A stretch of DNA of 64,000 nucleotides from Sporopachydermia quercuum (GCA_001599295.1 BCGN01000004.1:1551676-1615675), one strand, 5' to 3'; counted from the stretch's first letter, positions 12,033-24,988 are shown. The notes: generated from the letters alone by a model not told the origin. Numbers and translations are program-made.

Positions 12033-15000
12033 ATGGATCCGCTGACCCTGAACTGGTCAAATGTTCAGCTCCAGAGACTTAAATCTGCTTTAGAGCTATT
12101 TCAAAATGATCCATCAACATTAACTACAGGAACGGTGAGAGAAGTAGAAAGTTGTTATGAGGAAGTAAAGAATGACTTGAAGTTTCTCTTTGGGCTTCCG
12201 AAAAGGTCAGATATAGCTGCGAATGCTGTGAAATCAGGTACGGTTTTGTTGATTGGATATTTGGAGCTTATGGCATGTTGATGATATGATTGAAAAAAAG
12301 ACCATTAGCATGTTTGTTCAAGTGATATATGTTTTGATGACTTTTTATTGGTTACTAACTATATAATCTTTAGGCAAGTTTCAAATCAACCAAAGTACAA
12401 TCGAGATCAATGAGTCTTTTCAAAGTGATGTGTTTGCTGTTTCGGAAATTCTCGGAATAGATGAAAGAATTGCAGTGTTATTAGTACTCAATTGTAGGGA
12501 TGATACAAGAAGGCTAGGTCTAACGGCACCACAAGCGGCTGTTGATCTATTTCAAACCCGTCACCAATCAATACTACAAAACTTGATTCTCTTAGTGCAA
12601 ATTTCTAATCAAGCGAACTTGGAAAGAGGCAAATTTATTCAGGAACCTGAATCATCATTCAGACTATTAATACAATCTTTTACTGAGGACCTATTACGTG
12701 ATAAAATGTTTGTCCCAGAAGTAATTAAGTGTTTTTCACTNATTAGGGAATCGATATCTCGGTTGGAAAAAGAGGCTGAGGCTACTAAACTATTGAAAAC
12801 GAATGCGTCTATCGATGTGTATAGATTTGTTAAAAGAAGGATAAGTCACTATCGAGAAGCTTATGATGCATTGGGAGAATTATTGTATGGCATATTAGAA
12901 GCTGGTGGAATGACAGTGGCACATTTCAAATTATTGGCGGATGACCTCTTTCTTGTTTCTTCTGTTTCTGCATCTCTAGTTGTTTATATTCCTACATTAG
13001 TTGGATTTCTCAGTACATTTTATTCTCAAAGCCCTTTGGCATCCCGATACAANTCAGGTGTCTCAGATGGTGAGGCACTACATACTTACTTATGTCGAAC
13101 TTTACCGGATAATCTTTCAGACCGATCAAGACCAAATGAAGAGGTTGGACGAACTACAGATACATTAGCATCATGGTTATGTTTCCTTCAAATGACATTT
13201 CTAGTTTTCTATCAGAGACTGTGTCGAAACAAATCAGCCGGTGATTTCCGAGACTCTTTTCGAAATAAAATTCTGTTTCCTTGTTTGGATGCAGTTTATA
13301 AAGGAGGCATGGAATTATTCCTCCTTCTGGCTAATATGTCAGGAAGAGTACGAAATTCCGTCTTAACAATCGCCCCTTTCTCTGATATAACAGATGTTCT
13401 TACTACCAAAGTTTCGAAACCACCATCTGATGGAACTAACGCCATTTTGAGTCATTTCGTCTTTTATTCCAGTGACAGTTACATCCCCGATCTCACACCA
13501 TCTCAAACTATCTTTGAACGTTGCGCTGAGGCTTTACTAGTCTTTTCCAGTACTGTTATTGATGATTTCCCCTATCTTCTTAAGAAATTGCATGAACGTG
13601 AGGATGANCTGCTGATCAAGCTTCGGGAGGAACAAAACAACAGATCAGCCACCAAATATGACGGGTCGAGTTCTTTCTTTCCTATTGCAAATGTTGCCAA
13701 GTTCATACTAGCGACAGCAATTCTATTAAAGAAAAGACCACAATATGCTGGGGAATATCTTGATCCCAAAGGTATCAAGTACGGATTTTTATGTTGGGCA
13801 GCTGCTTTGGGTTCCAAAACGAATGATTCTTGTTTTTTGCATTTACTTTCCGCTCTTACGTCAGACGAAGGATCTGCAAGAGCTGTTCATAGATTTGCTT
13901 CTGAGCCACCCAGTAATACTGGGTCAGAAGCTCAATCGTCGTTTCTTAGCTCAGAGAATGGATCTGGTACTATATACGACACTGTTTTTAGATCATTCAG
14001 ATCTGTTGAACAAGAATATCGTACCAAATCACTAGAAGATCTACAGGGACCAGGTACTGAAGCCATTGCGCGGGCCAATAGTTTTGCCGAACAATCACGT
14101 TTTATCTATGCTGGAGCTGAATTATTATGGGCTATAGGAAATGAACTTCCTTCTGCTATTCCTGCCTTGCAGCAACAATTCAGAATAGTAGATTTAGTGA
14201 TGAGTTTACTAGCAGTACGTGTATTCAGCAGAAAAGCTCCCTTGCTTCATGTCATAAGAAGTTTCTTCAATAGTTTCCCATCAAGTGCTGTGTGGAGTTT
14301 CTTAGATAGAACCCTATTCTATGTATCATCGGGGCCTAAGCTTGCTGATTATCATGGGATAATTCATAATAAAATTGAAAGTGTATCTGACATATGTGCA
14401 TTCTTAGCAGTGGTTGAGAGAGGACTGAATACTAAGGACCAAGAATATGCTAATGATAAAACTACTGCACTTGCTAAGACAACTATCGCAGCGGAGGGTA
14501 AACCGGTAACATCTTCTGGCAAACCTCCTTTTGAACTACCTTATGGCTCATCTTTAGGGGAATTCAGGGATAAGAAAGGTATTTGGCCATATATCGAATT
14601 TTTATTTACGGATGTGCTTTTCAGACTTCCAGTATTCCGTCTAGGATCTGAAGATAAAGCTACTTTGGAATTGCAAGCCTATTCCACTATTGTTGCCGCC
14701 CTAAAGTTAGGATTCCCATTGCCTCCAAACAAGAATGATCCTCCGGGAACAGGAGATATGTTTGCTCGTGTTTTATCGGAAACCGCAAGTCTCCCTACTC
14801 TCAACTATCTGCTGTCACCTTCAGGATATCGTCAATTGCTTTCACTAGGATATGATCCAATTCAAATAAATCTTTTATCAGGGAATGATAATCGCGTTAA
14901 ATTAGCTGTGCAAAAGTTGGGGACGGTTAAATTAATTTTAGAATTGCAGTCCGAATTCTTTGGTGCTGTTGTACCTACTATCAGATATGGATTGGGTAAT

Positions 15001-17472
15001 ACTGGATTATCATCAGCATTAGAAGAATTTGTTCGTCGGAATGGTAAATCAACATCTTCTGATAATAGATCGCGATTTGCATGGGCTCATAAACTTATCC
15101 GATATGATATCAATAGCATTGATGATGCGTTAGTGCAAAAGCTTGGTTTTGTTGTTGATATTGTATCATTCTTAGGCTCTGCGCACGTTTCTATATGCCG
15201 CGTTGCTTTATCGGTGCTTTCATTAGTAGGAGGGTCCGTGAGAGCCCGATTATTAACTGCTTTAGAACGTGCAGAGGAAAATCATGTTACTATTAGAGCG
15301 TTGATAATTACCCAACTCGAGCGTACTGTAGGTGGAAACGAATCAGAAACGGAAGCAGAAGCAGATGTGAAACTAGGCATTTTGAATTTCATTGCTAGCG
15401 AATTACCAAGACCAGAAGTTACAGAACCCACCGTCGGTCATTTTCTTTTAGGATTTGCCATTCCTCGTAATGGCTCCTTGGATCTTGGTTTACCTATTCA
15501 TTTGATTGAAGAGCTTGGGCAAGAAGCAGACATAGGGTATATCAGGTCTGAGGTTTCCGGTTTGAAAAGTGTAGAGCTTCTGATTGAACAAGCCTTAGAG
15601 GGATTAAACTCTGCTTATGTTGATGGCATGGCAGTATCCATTCTTGCAGTATGTTATAGAATTCTTTTAAAAGTGGCTCAAAATCCAATATCTTCCCAAT
15701 TAACACTTGGATATCTGAGGGGAGCTAATTACTTCCAGCAGTTATTGGCAAGTGAACCAGTGATCTCAAGGTCCACAGTATGGTCAGGTATTCCAGCTGT
15801 AACGTTCCAGGGATTTGTTTCCAGAAGAATTTACTTATTGCGTTTTCTAGCTATTGAGTATCATGCTAGTGCAACTGCGGAAGCTCTTAGTTTAACTAGT
15901 AATTATATGAGGCTATTGACTAGTCATTCCGCACTTCCAACATCATCAAACAATAACTGGGAGGGAGTTGATTTATTAAGTATGCTAGATGTATTGGAAT
16001 ATCTGTCAGAGGACAATTGTAACGATAACAGTAATAGCACCAGTAATGCCAATGGTACCGACAACAGGATTGCTAATCGCAACAGTAATAGTGGAAACAC
16101 CACTCAAAGACATAATCTAGGAATTAACATTACATTACTGCTACAACACTATCTACAGGCATGGTCAGAACTAGTACTTATTCTTATTAATGATAGAACA
16201 GCATTTGCAGCTGGCGAAAGAGTGGCTTTGGTTCTAGAACTACTGCAACAAATAGTTCCTCGTTTGGTTCAGAATTGGGGAATTGGTGATACTTTGTTTG
16301 TTCAGCAATTCTGCTCTCTCTCATTGGCCCTCTTCACTGTTTACACAGAAGACTCTGCGATGGAAGACGCTGGTCCTGGAAGGTGGAATTCCGTGCGTAA
16401 TAATAGTGGCAGTCTTAAAGAGTTGTTTGATGCTTGCCTCGGTTTAATTGCGTATCCAGCAAGTCAGTCGGAAGTTCTGCGTGCTGACCTTTACACACTT
16501 GGCACTAAATACATTTGTTGGAGATTTGGTTTGGCCAATGCCAATATGGAAGACCGGGTATATCAAGCGGCAATTTTATGGCCTACAATTGAAGGATTAG
16601 GAATCAAAATATTTNATCCTGTTTGTAGTGATGCTGTAGATGGTGTTGGAGCTGTTAGATTAACAGCATTGTGTTTACTTGAAAACCTTGTACGAGTTAC
16701 TAGGTTAGCGGGATCTGGTTCAGTGCGAGACCATGTGACTAGCTACATGATTATCGCTCCTTTATTAGACTCACTAGCTAGAACAGATAAGCTATTACAA
16801 GCAGCTGCAGCCAACTTCCCAACTGTAGATTCTGCTAAGGCATCACATCTACAGACAAAAGAAGAGGTTGAATTCGAGTTAGAAGCAGCTAAGACTACTG
16901 TTCAAATACTTACAGGGTTAGCACAAACAAAAGGAGGAGCTCAAGAATTATTGCGTCAAGACGTGTTTCTTAAAGCTTCTAACTTCTTCATCTTCTCTTT
17001 GAATGGGGCAACTGGAGTTGAGCTTTATTTCCCGGCGCTAGAAGAAACAGGCTCAAAGTTAGAAGTAGCTTTGTTGTGCTGGGACGAATCAGAATCCACA
17101 GGGAAGGAACTTTTCTCATTATATGACCTATACATTCCGTGCTTTCAGTTGATAGCAGCAATATTAGTATCCTTAGGTCCAGAGAATCCAATAGCCAGGA
17201 AAAAGGTTCAAAGATTCCTAGCGCTTAATCATAAACTGTTGTTGATGCTGTTATACAGGTATCGTGAAAAGGAAAATAATCGCGGAGGTCTTGATAGTAC
17301 TGTTGATGATGCTGCAATAGTGGAAGATGAAACGGTTGAGGAAAATGACTCTGATCTAACTGTTTTGGTTAAATTAGCTGTATTGATTGTTTCACTGACT
17401 GAATATGATGTTTCAAGCTCCGAATTCAATGTAGCAGGGTTATCAATTTTTAATGGAGAAAGAGTATTTTAG
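12033..17472 (+). CDS. NUP192: Inner-ring nucleoporin Nup192 (Nup205 family)
   Basis: Exon 12033-12237, intron 12238-12373 (GTACGG...TACTAAC...TAG) and exon 12374-17472 join in frame as KSGKFQINQSTIEINESFQ..SEILGIDE. About 1770 aa, predicted helical, with the PTVGHFLLGF motif; adjacent to NSP1. Confidence 0.8.
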
Positions 17473-18139
17473 ATACGGGAAATGAACGGTGAAAGGTTGT
17501 CATGCATGAACAATAATTGGTGAATGGTGTATTAAAATTAATAGGTTGAGTACAATGCACTACGATACATATGGGATTTTTTTTGATTATGCGTCGAATG
17601 GATGATAGTGTTATTTATTTATTGAGTGCTGGTCCTAACGAGTTGTATATACTTTATATGATACAGTATTAAAATCAGATGTAGGTTACTAATTCATGAT
17701 TATAAGAAATAACGAAACCCAAATAACTGGTGTATAAGGATATTAAGAACGAAATTTATGGCAATTCTCGTAAAGTTAAAGAATTCCCCCATAATCCTAC
17801 TTGTTATGAATTCATTCTTTGGCAAAGTGGTTCACTCAGTACTCTGACACTATCCAGTTATTCCATGATAGTTCACTGGATGTATTTTTGCTTTCTTCTA
17901 TTATCACTGACCATATTAGAATTCTTCATACTAAATTCCATTCCGCCAAGTAATCATATCTCACAATCAAACTAAGCAACCATGTTATCGCATCAAACCA
18001 NACCAATTATTTTGCAATGAAAGTACAGTCTCCCTCTCTTCTTTCAATCATTTGATGATTATTCATTTATTATCTTGTTATTTCCATCATTTGACAATTA
18101 CATAATAAACAAACACCTATGTTTATCATACTATACTAA

Positions 18140-20476
18140 TCATAACACTTCCTTTCTTATTTCTTCAATTTTCTCCCTAAACACTTCTGATCGAATATCC
18201 ACGAACTTCAATGTTTCTAAGTGAGAGTTCAGAATTCTCATGATTTGTACTAACAATGGTTCATTAGAGCCAATACTTTGCCCAGTAGTTACAGATGAAT
18301 CTCGCTCTTCTTTCCTTTTAGAAGGAGCATTGATACCAGTTGTGAATGATTCGCCTCCAGCAGAAGTAACAGCGGTCCCTGTTGAGTTTTCTTTCATAAT
18401 TCCCTCTGATAATGTATTGATTTTTTTAATCAGTCCTGATAAAGTTGATTCCAGTCCATCTAATTTATCATCAATAGTTTCTGCCATTTGACCCATTTTC
18501 AATCTATCTTGATCAGCTTGTACTAAAAATGCATTCTCACGAATATAACTACTNGATAATAAAGGATTCAGGTTACCTGACAGATTATTTGCGTCATCAC
18601 CAGCCATAATAGAATCAATTTGAACCTCGCATTCGTCCAAGAGTTTTTCCATATAACTTTGATCATTTGAGATTGAATCAAGAACGGTATCAATTTCATT
18701 TTGGGTAACTTCTAAGCTTGAAACATTATCGTACAATTGGGAGATCTTTTTACTGTTTTTATAAAGCTCGGTATCTGCTTTGTTTAAGAAATTTGCCTGA
18801 GATTCGAATATCTTAGAGTAAGTTGCAATTTGGTCTTTCCATCGTGAAACAATTTCAATCATTGATTTGTTTTCAAATGAAATTGGTTCCACTTTCACTT
18901 GTTCTGTTTTCGTAGGCACTGTGGATGCTGTATTAGAAGTAGATGTGGAAGTGGTACTTGTGGCAGTCTTAGTATCTTCTTTCTTACCAAAGGAGAATCC
19001 TGATGTTGTTGCTTTATTATTTGTAGTTGCATCAGAAGTGCTCTTTGGTTCTTCTTTCTTACCAAAGGTAAATCCTGTACCAGCGGCGGCAGGCTCTTTC
19101 GCAGAAGGAGTAGTGGTGGTAGCGCCATCTTGTTTACCAAAAGAGAATCCGCTTACAGCTGGTTTGTTGGATGTTGATTCTTCTTTCTTGCCAAAACTGA
19201 AACCTGAGGATGGAGTGCTGGTAACATTCGACTTGGCTTCATCTTTCTTTGCTGTTGCGCCAAAGGAAAATCCTGTTGAAGAAGCTGGCTTGCTAGTTTC
19301 GCTGTCCTTCTTTAAACCAAGTGAGAATCCTGAAGGGGCAGCACTAGCTGTTGATGAAGCAGCTGCATCTTCTTTCTTTCCAAATGAAAATCCAGACGAA
19401 GTGATAGGGGCACTTGATGATGATGAGTCAGGTTTACTAGAATCCGTTTTACCGAATAAACCACCAGTACTGCCTGGTGCTGATGTAGTAGCTTCAGAAG
19501 ATTTCAATGAAAAGCCCAATAATGGTTTGCTGGCCGTGGAATCCGTTTTATTTTCGTCTTTCTGTCCAAATGAAAAGCCCAATGATGGTTTGCTGGCTGT
19601 GGAATCCGTTTTATTTTCGTCTTTCTGTCCAAATGAAAAGCCCAATGATGGTTTGCTGGCTGTGGAATCCGTTTTATTTTCGTCTTTTTGTCCAAATGAA
19701 AAGCCCGGTTTCGTTGTACCGTTGCTATTGCCCAGGGAGAATCCCGCCGATAGAGTAGATGTAGTAGGAGCAACCTTTTTCTCAGCAGAAGCACCAAAAG
19801 ATAATCCACCAGCTGAACCAAAAGGAGACACTTTGTTGTCACTAGAGTTAGCAGTGGATCCGAATAAATTGGTTGGTTTATCTTCTGGCTTTTTACCAAA
19901 TAATGATGTAGATCCTGTTGTAGTGCCAGTAGCACCGGTAGAACCGAATGAAAAGGCGCTGGAAGTTCCAGTAGAGCTAGTACTAGTTTCTTTCTTCTCA
20001 GCAGTACCGGCAAAACTAAAAGGAGGCCTACTACTGGTGTTGGCACCAGAATTGCCAAAGCTTAGAGTTGGCTTGCTACTGGAATCAGTAGATGATCCAA
20101 ACAGTGAAGGTTTATTTCCATCTGTGACTATTGTGTTTGGTGCTTGACTTTGATTCTGGGACCCAAAAAGACCCCCAGATGAGGATGTGGTGCCAATTGA
20201 ACCAAATGGCTTGCTTCCAGTACTAGTGTTTCCAAAACTAAACCCAGAAGTTGGTTTGGCAGAATCAGTTCCACCGCCAGTATCTGGTGCCTTAGATCCA
20301 AACGTACTACTGCCAAAGGCAGATGGTCCTGCATTATTTCCTGCGTTGAAACTGAAAGCATTTCCTGGCTTATCCCCTTGCGAGCTTGAGGTATTCCCAA
20401 AGGAAAAAGAGTTGGAGCCAGAGGTTCCTGATCCAAACAATGGTTGGCCAGAAGATCCCTTTCCTGATCCTGACAT
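18140..20476 (-). CDS. NSP1: FG-repeat nucleoporin Nsp1 (Nup62)
   Basis: Many FSFG/FG repeats with charged spacers, followed by a C-terminal coiled coil (ENKSMIEIVSRWKDQ, ADQDRLK, IMRILNSHLETLKFVD). Confidence 0.9.
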   Translation of the reverse strand: MSGSGKGSSGQPLFGSGTSGSNSFSFGNTSSSQGDKPGNAFSFNAGNNAGPSAFGSSTFGSKAPDTGGGTDSAKPTSGFSFGNTSTGSKPFGSIGTTSSSGGLFGSQNQSQAPNTIVTDGNKPSLFGSSTDSSSKPTLSFGNSGANTSSRPPFSFAGTAEKKETSTSSTGTSSAFSFGSTGATGTTTGSTSLFGKKPEDKPTNLFGSTANSSDNKVSPFGSAGGLSFGASAEKKVAPTTSTLSAGFSLGNSNGTTKPGFSFGQKDENKTDSTASKPSLGFSFGQKDENKTDSTASKPSLGFSFGQKDENKTDSTASKPLLGFSLKSSEATTSAPGSTGGLFGKTDSSKPDSSSSSAPITSSGFSFGKKEDAAASSTASAAPSGFSLGLKKDSETSKPASSTGFSFGATAKKDEAKSNVTSTPSSGFSFGKKEESTSNKPAVSGFSFGKQDGATTTTPSAKEPAAAGTGFTFGKKEEPKSTSDATTNNKATTSGFSFGKKEDTKTATSTTSTSTSNTASTVPTKTEQVKVEPISFENKSMIEIVSRWKDQIATYSKIFESQANFLNKADTELYKNSKKISQLYDNVSSLEVTQNEIDTVLDSISNDQSYMEKLLDECEVQIDSIMAGDDANNLSGNLNPLLXSSYIRENAFLVQADQDRLKMGQMAETIDDKLDGLESTLSGLIKKINTLSEGIMKENSTGTAVTSAGGESFTTGINAPSKRKEERDSSVTTGQSIGSNEPLLVQIMRILNSHLETLKFVDIRSEVFREKIEEIRKEVL
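19506..19706. repeat. 63-bp tandem repeat, ~3.2 near-identical copies, inside NSP1
   Basis: Units start at 19506, 19569, 19632 and 19695 (partial), each encoding FSFGQKDENKTDSTASKP(S/L)LG with only a few nucleotide differences. Confidence 0.95.
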
Positions 20477-21147
20477 GGTTGATGCTTGGGATAGGACAAA
20501 CTGAAAGAAAAAAAAAAAGTGATGAACTGTTAGCCAAAAAAATGTCTACTGCAAACCTAGTACAAATTACTGTGTAGTTTTGGGTGAGCTTGATTTTGTG
20601 TTTAAATTACTTTCGCGTTTTATTGAGAGTGGCAGTTATAGAATTGATAGTTTGACATAACTGTTTATCTGATATTCATTGTTATTGTTACTTGATCTCC
20701 GTGATACTTTTTATTGTTTTGTATTGGTATTACCTTATACATTTGTGAACACCTTGACACCAGAGATTACCTTATTGGGATAGTACGGGAGATAGAACTT
20801 TTATATCACGTGAAAGGAAATATGTACGAATAAATGGAACTTTTATAAAGCGCTGAGAATTCATATAATTCGAGTCTGATAATGGGTTAGAGGTATAACA
20901 GACCAGGTATATGACAATAACTCTAGGTCTCTATTAAACATCGGAAACGTTTTGATGTTTGATTGACGTACAGATGGCCTTTTGGTCTTATGATTAGGTG
21001 GAAGGAGGAGGTAGTGGGAGGTAATACAAGTGAATCACAGTACTATATCAGATACGCATAGCAAAGGTTCATATAACAAAAAATTTATAGTTTCAGATAA
21101 TCTTATAAATTGGAAATATATCAATTAAGTATATCATTCTAAATACT

Positions 21148-21897
21148 TTACTTCTTTTGACCTTGAGCAGCAACGGCAGCTGCACCAGCAGCTGCAGCTT
21201 CAGGATCTAAGTAGTAAGCAGGCTTGATAGGCTTCAAGTCATCATCGAGTTCGTAAACAAGAGGGATACCAGTAGGCAAGTTCAAACCAGCAATATCATC
21301 ATCACTGATGCCATCTAAATGCTTAACAAGACCTCTCAAAGAGTTGCCATGGGCAGCAATCAAAACGGTCTTACCAGCCAATAAGTCTTTAGAGATAACA
21401 TCATCCCAATAAGGAAGTAATCTTTCAATCACAAGCTTTAAAGATTCAGTTTTTGGGATGATTTCAGGATCGACGTCCTTGTAACGTTCATCATTTGATT
21501 GAGAAAATTCGGAATCATCGTCAATCGGTGGAGGAGGAACGTCAAAAGATCTTCTCCAGGTTTTGAATTGTTCAGGTCCGTAAGCTTCTAAAGTAGCAGC
21601 CTTATCCTTACCTTGCAAAGCACCGTAGTGACGCTCATTGAGTCTCCAGGTTCTCTTTACATCAATGAAAAGACGATCAGCGTTGTCCAGAGCAATGTTA
21701 GCGGTTTGGATAGCTCTTGAAAGCTTGGAAGTATAAAGAATATCAGGTTTCAATCCTGATTCCTTCAATAAAACACCAGCTCTGGCAGCTTCCTTTTCAC
21801 CAACAGCAGAAAGACGAACATCAACCCAACCGGTGAAAAGGTTCTTTTCGTTCCATTCGGATTGTCCGTGTCTGACGAGAATCAAAGTTTTGGTCAT
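21148..21897 (-). CDS. GPM1: 2,3-BPG-dependent phosphoglycerate mutase
   Basis: Motifs [51 protein letters not shown]. Likely start is MTKTL at 21897, just after a branch point and acceptor. Confidence 0.96.
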   Translation of the reverse strand: MTKTLILVRHGQSEWNEKNLFTGWVDVRLSAVGEKEAARAGVLLKESGLKPDILYTSKLSRAIQTANIALDNADRLFIDVKRTWRLNERHYGALQGKDKAATLEAYGPEQFKTWRRSFDVPPPPIDDDSEFSQSNDERYKDVDPEIIPKTESLKLVIERLLPYWDDVISKDLLAGKTVLIAAHGNSLRGLVKHLDGISDDDIAGLNLPTGIPLVYELDDDLKPIKPAYYLDPEAAAAGAAAVAAQGQKK

Positions 21898-23029
21898 ATT
21901 GCTGATTTGGTTAGTAANTGATTTCATCAACTGACAATTGATTGATGATCAATTGTTATTACTGTCGACTAGATGATATGGTAAACATAGTCAGTCCTAA
22001 TGATTCGCTTGCTAAGTGATGAGGAATCGGTATTTAATTGCTTTCCTCACATTTTTAAATCATAAGAATGAAAGAAACANACAGCTCACCAATTCAAACT
22101 CCTATGTCTATGTATTTATCCGATCTTTTCCGATGTAAGAACAATTACCACTATTCTATACTTACAAATAAAATTACTTGATAAGTTGGAGGTTATTCAC
22201 TAAGTATCTTTCATACTTGTATTTTTAAGGAATTCAGTCAATTGATTGGTATTTCCTCGAAACTATTGTTGAGCGATCAAGTAATATCTTATTTGTAACA
22301 AGGGAGTAGAAAGACAAGAGAAGANATACAATTGACAAGCGGGTAAAGCTCAAGATGCCAAAAGGGCCTAGGAAACAGAGAAGTTTCAGTGCATTTTTCC
22401 TGTCTTGCTGTGCAGGTAGAGTACTACAGGAAGAAATTATGTGTACATGTAAAAGTTATACGAAATTCAGTATGTACACTGAATGTTGTTCCAATATTGA
22501 GGGTCGACGATGAGATGTTGCACATGGGATTAAGGGTCTGGTNGTATGTGTTATATCTGCATCGAATGAGCAATTGATTTTATGTGATGGCTAAGCTTAT
22601 GGTAATAAGGGATTTCTTAGAGGCAATGGCTAAGATTACACAATGTTCTTGTTAATTAATTGTGCTAACCGAAGATGATCATGTGCTTTTGCCATTTCTG
22701 CCTTTATCTTATTTACTCCTTACCACCAATGTTCAACGATCGTAAAAATGATCTCATAGACGTCTCAAATCAGGCACAGCACATTCATTGTCATTGCATA
22801 ACGATTATTTCCGATCGAATAAAAACCGGAATGTTGTTTCTTTTGGCTGATGGGAACCATTCTTTTACATGGTTTTAACAAATAAGTACCGATCTACAAC
22901 GCAGTTTTATAGAAAATATTGAAATGAAGCGTATACTTCTTTCCGTTATACTCTATTGTATGAATTTATAGAGAATATGGAGTTCATAAAACATTTCATT
23001 AGCATCTCCATATCGTCCTTCCGTGATTA

Positions 23030-24988
23030 CTAGATGAGAGTCAATAATAATGCAGATCCTTTATTACCACCATCAGCTGCTTTGGTAATCACTTTTCTCA
23101 GTTTTTTACATAGTTGAATAACATCTTTCTTTTCATGCTCATCAGAACTTTCAATCAAAGCAACGACAACGAAAGATCCTTCACTTACAGCCCATTGATC
23201 AATCCTACTCTCTATAGCCTGTAATAATAAGGAGCTGAAAGCAACTTCATTACCTTCACTGTCTATCAAATGCATATCAACTTTTTCTAACTTCTTCTCT
23301 TTACCATTCCAGTGACCTTGTTGTATCAGAGTTCTTAATAATCTAGTACTGAATGGAGACTTAATTAAGTGGATTTCATCATCTATATCGCGAGATCCAA
23401 ATGCTTCAGCGATTTTATGTGCAATAGTGTATTTCAATTTATTACATTCTTCAGAGCCAACGGCATACAATAGCGCTTCAGAAACAAATTGTGATCCTAA
23501 GTTATCTCTGATAATAAATGTAGCATTTGCTTCGATTACTTTCAGTATTTCAGGACTGAAATATGAATTCAATTCTTGTAATCTAACTTCACTGTCTTTC
23601 TTAGATGTTGTTTCGCTCAATTGCCTGTATTTGGCAAATTGTTCAACATTGATTTTTGAGAAGTATCTTGGTGACAATCCAAGTAAAATGTATAATAGAG
23701 GTCTTCTTCCGTACTTGTGGAATATTAATTCCATAGCTTTCTCATTATCACCAATTAGTTCAGGAATTAATGACTTAGCTACTAATTTTGTATCATCAAC
23801 GACTTGGAAAAGATTAATCACAACATTGCAGCCGTACTCATCTTTGGCACATTCATAAACGAATTGTTTTAATGATTTGATTAATTGTTTTCTCTCCTTA
23901 GCAACAGCTCTGCTCAAAACGATGCAAGCTACTTGCGAACCTTCATTAGAATGAACGATCTCAGCAAATTGTTCTTGTATCAGATCAATGAATTCTGTTT
24001 TCTCTTCGTCATTCATGTTTAAAGCGTATTGCAGCATAGCAGCATGAATAATAGTGAAACCAATTGATCCTTTGTTCACTGCTGATTTGATTGTATCAAA
24101 CAAATTCTTCATTATAATGCCTCTTTTTGATCCTGATTCATCATTTTGAATTATTTGCTGTAAGGTTTGATTCTCTCCATTATCTTTGAACACAGCAAAT
24201 GATGAGCCATAGAATTCTCTAATCATTTGCTGTTTCTGTTTCGCTGTGGAATAGTCTCTATAACAATCTTCAATAACATAAGCACCTTCTTTGTGTCTCA
24301 TAAGCTTCCTGAACTTACCAAATAACTCATCGATGATATCCTGTCTAACTTCTTTTGACCCATAGTGTAACATTTTAACCAGAAGATACTTTCCATAGGG
24401 ACTTCTAGCTAATTCGTAATAATTCCCTTTTAAAGATTTTGTTATGACTAATCTTTTTTGCTTGTCGCCATACTTGAAGATTGTCTGAATTACTCTTGAT
24501 GAATCATGCTTCAAAACTAATTCACTGATGCAATCTTCGCAATGCTTCCAAATTTCTTCTACTAACTTTTTTCTCTTCTCAGCATTGATATCCTTCTTTA
24601 CACGAAGCTTTTCCCACAATTGTTTAATGTGGTCAATTTCTTGACCATTCTTTCTGCTCAGTTTTCTTTCTTTCTTCAATAACCTTTGCTCTTCATGACG
24701 TGGTTTATCAGATTCGCCTTTTAACCTTTTAGTATCCTTCTCCTCATCTTCATCTTCATCTTCATCTTCATCTTCAACTTCGTCGTCTCCATTTTCATAG
24801 ACTCCTGTGTCTAACTCGTCCTCACTGGAATCACTCATGTTATCTAAGCTGTCATCTGACGATTCATTATCAAGTTCATCATTAGACTCGTACCTGATAT
24901 CAGGACTAGGGTCCTTTGCTTTAGAAGGCTTGGAACCCTTGGTCGACTTGGTCAGTTCGTACTTTCTTTTGGACGTTGTTGGACCCAT
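23030..24988 (-). CDS. PUF6: Pumilio-homology RNA-binding protein Puf6 (60S biogenesis)
   Basis: Acidic N-terminus; IKQLWEKLR, LVLKHDSSRVIQTIFKYG, YGKYLLVKMLHYGS, KLMRHKEGAYVIED, KYGRRPLLY; C-terminus GNKGSALLL. Confidence 0.92.
   Translation of the reverse strand: MGPTTSKRKYELTKSTKGSKPSKAKDPSPDIRYESNDELDNESSDDSLDNMSDSSEDELDTGVYENGDDEVEDEDEDEDEDEEKDTKRLKGESDKPRHEEQRLLKKERKLSRKNGQEIDHIKQLWEKLRVKKDINAEKRKKLVEEIWKHCEDCISELVLKHDSSRVIQTIFKYGDKQKRLVITKSLKGNYYELARSPYGKYLLVKMLHYGSKEVRQDIIDELFGKFRKLMRHKEGAYVIEDCYRDYSTAKQKQQMIREFYGSSFAVFKDNGENQTLQQIIQNDESGSKRGIIMKNLFDTIKSAVNKGSIGFTIIHAAMLQYALNMNDEEKTEFIDLIQEQFAEIVHSNEGSQVACIVLSRAVAKERKQLIKSLKQFVYECAKDEYGCNVVINLFQVVDDTKLVAKSLIPELIGDNEKAMELIFHKYGRRPLLYILLGLSPRYFSKINVEQFAKYRQLSETTSKKDSEVRLQELNSYFSPEILKVIEANATFIIRDNLGSQFVSEALLYAVGSEECNKLKYTIAHKIAEAFGSRDIDDEIHLIKSPFSTRLLRTLIQQGHWNGKEKKLEKVDMHLIDSEGNEVAFSSLLLQAIESRIDQWAVSEGSFVVVALIESSDEHEKKDVIQLCKKLRKVITKAADGGNKGSALLLTLI

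Noticed and set aside
18867..20147. 426-aa plus-strand ORF and other long ORFs overlapping NSP1
   Set aside because: Antisense or alternative-frame shadows of low-complexity FG-repeat coding sequence; no independent motifs.
24744..24776. (TCATCT)n microsatellite
   Set aside because: Encodes the ordinary acidic EDEDED tract of Puf6.
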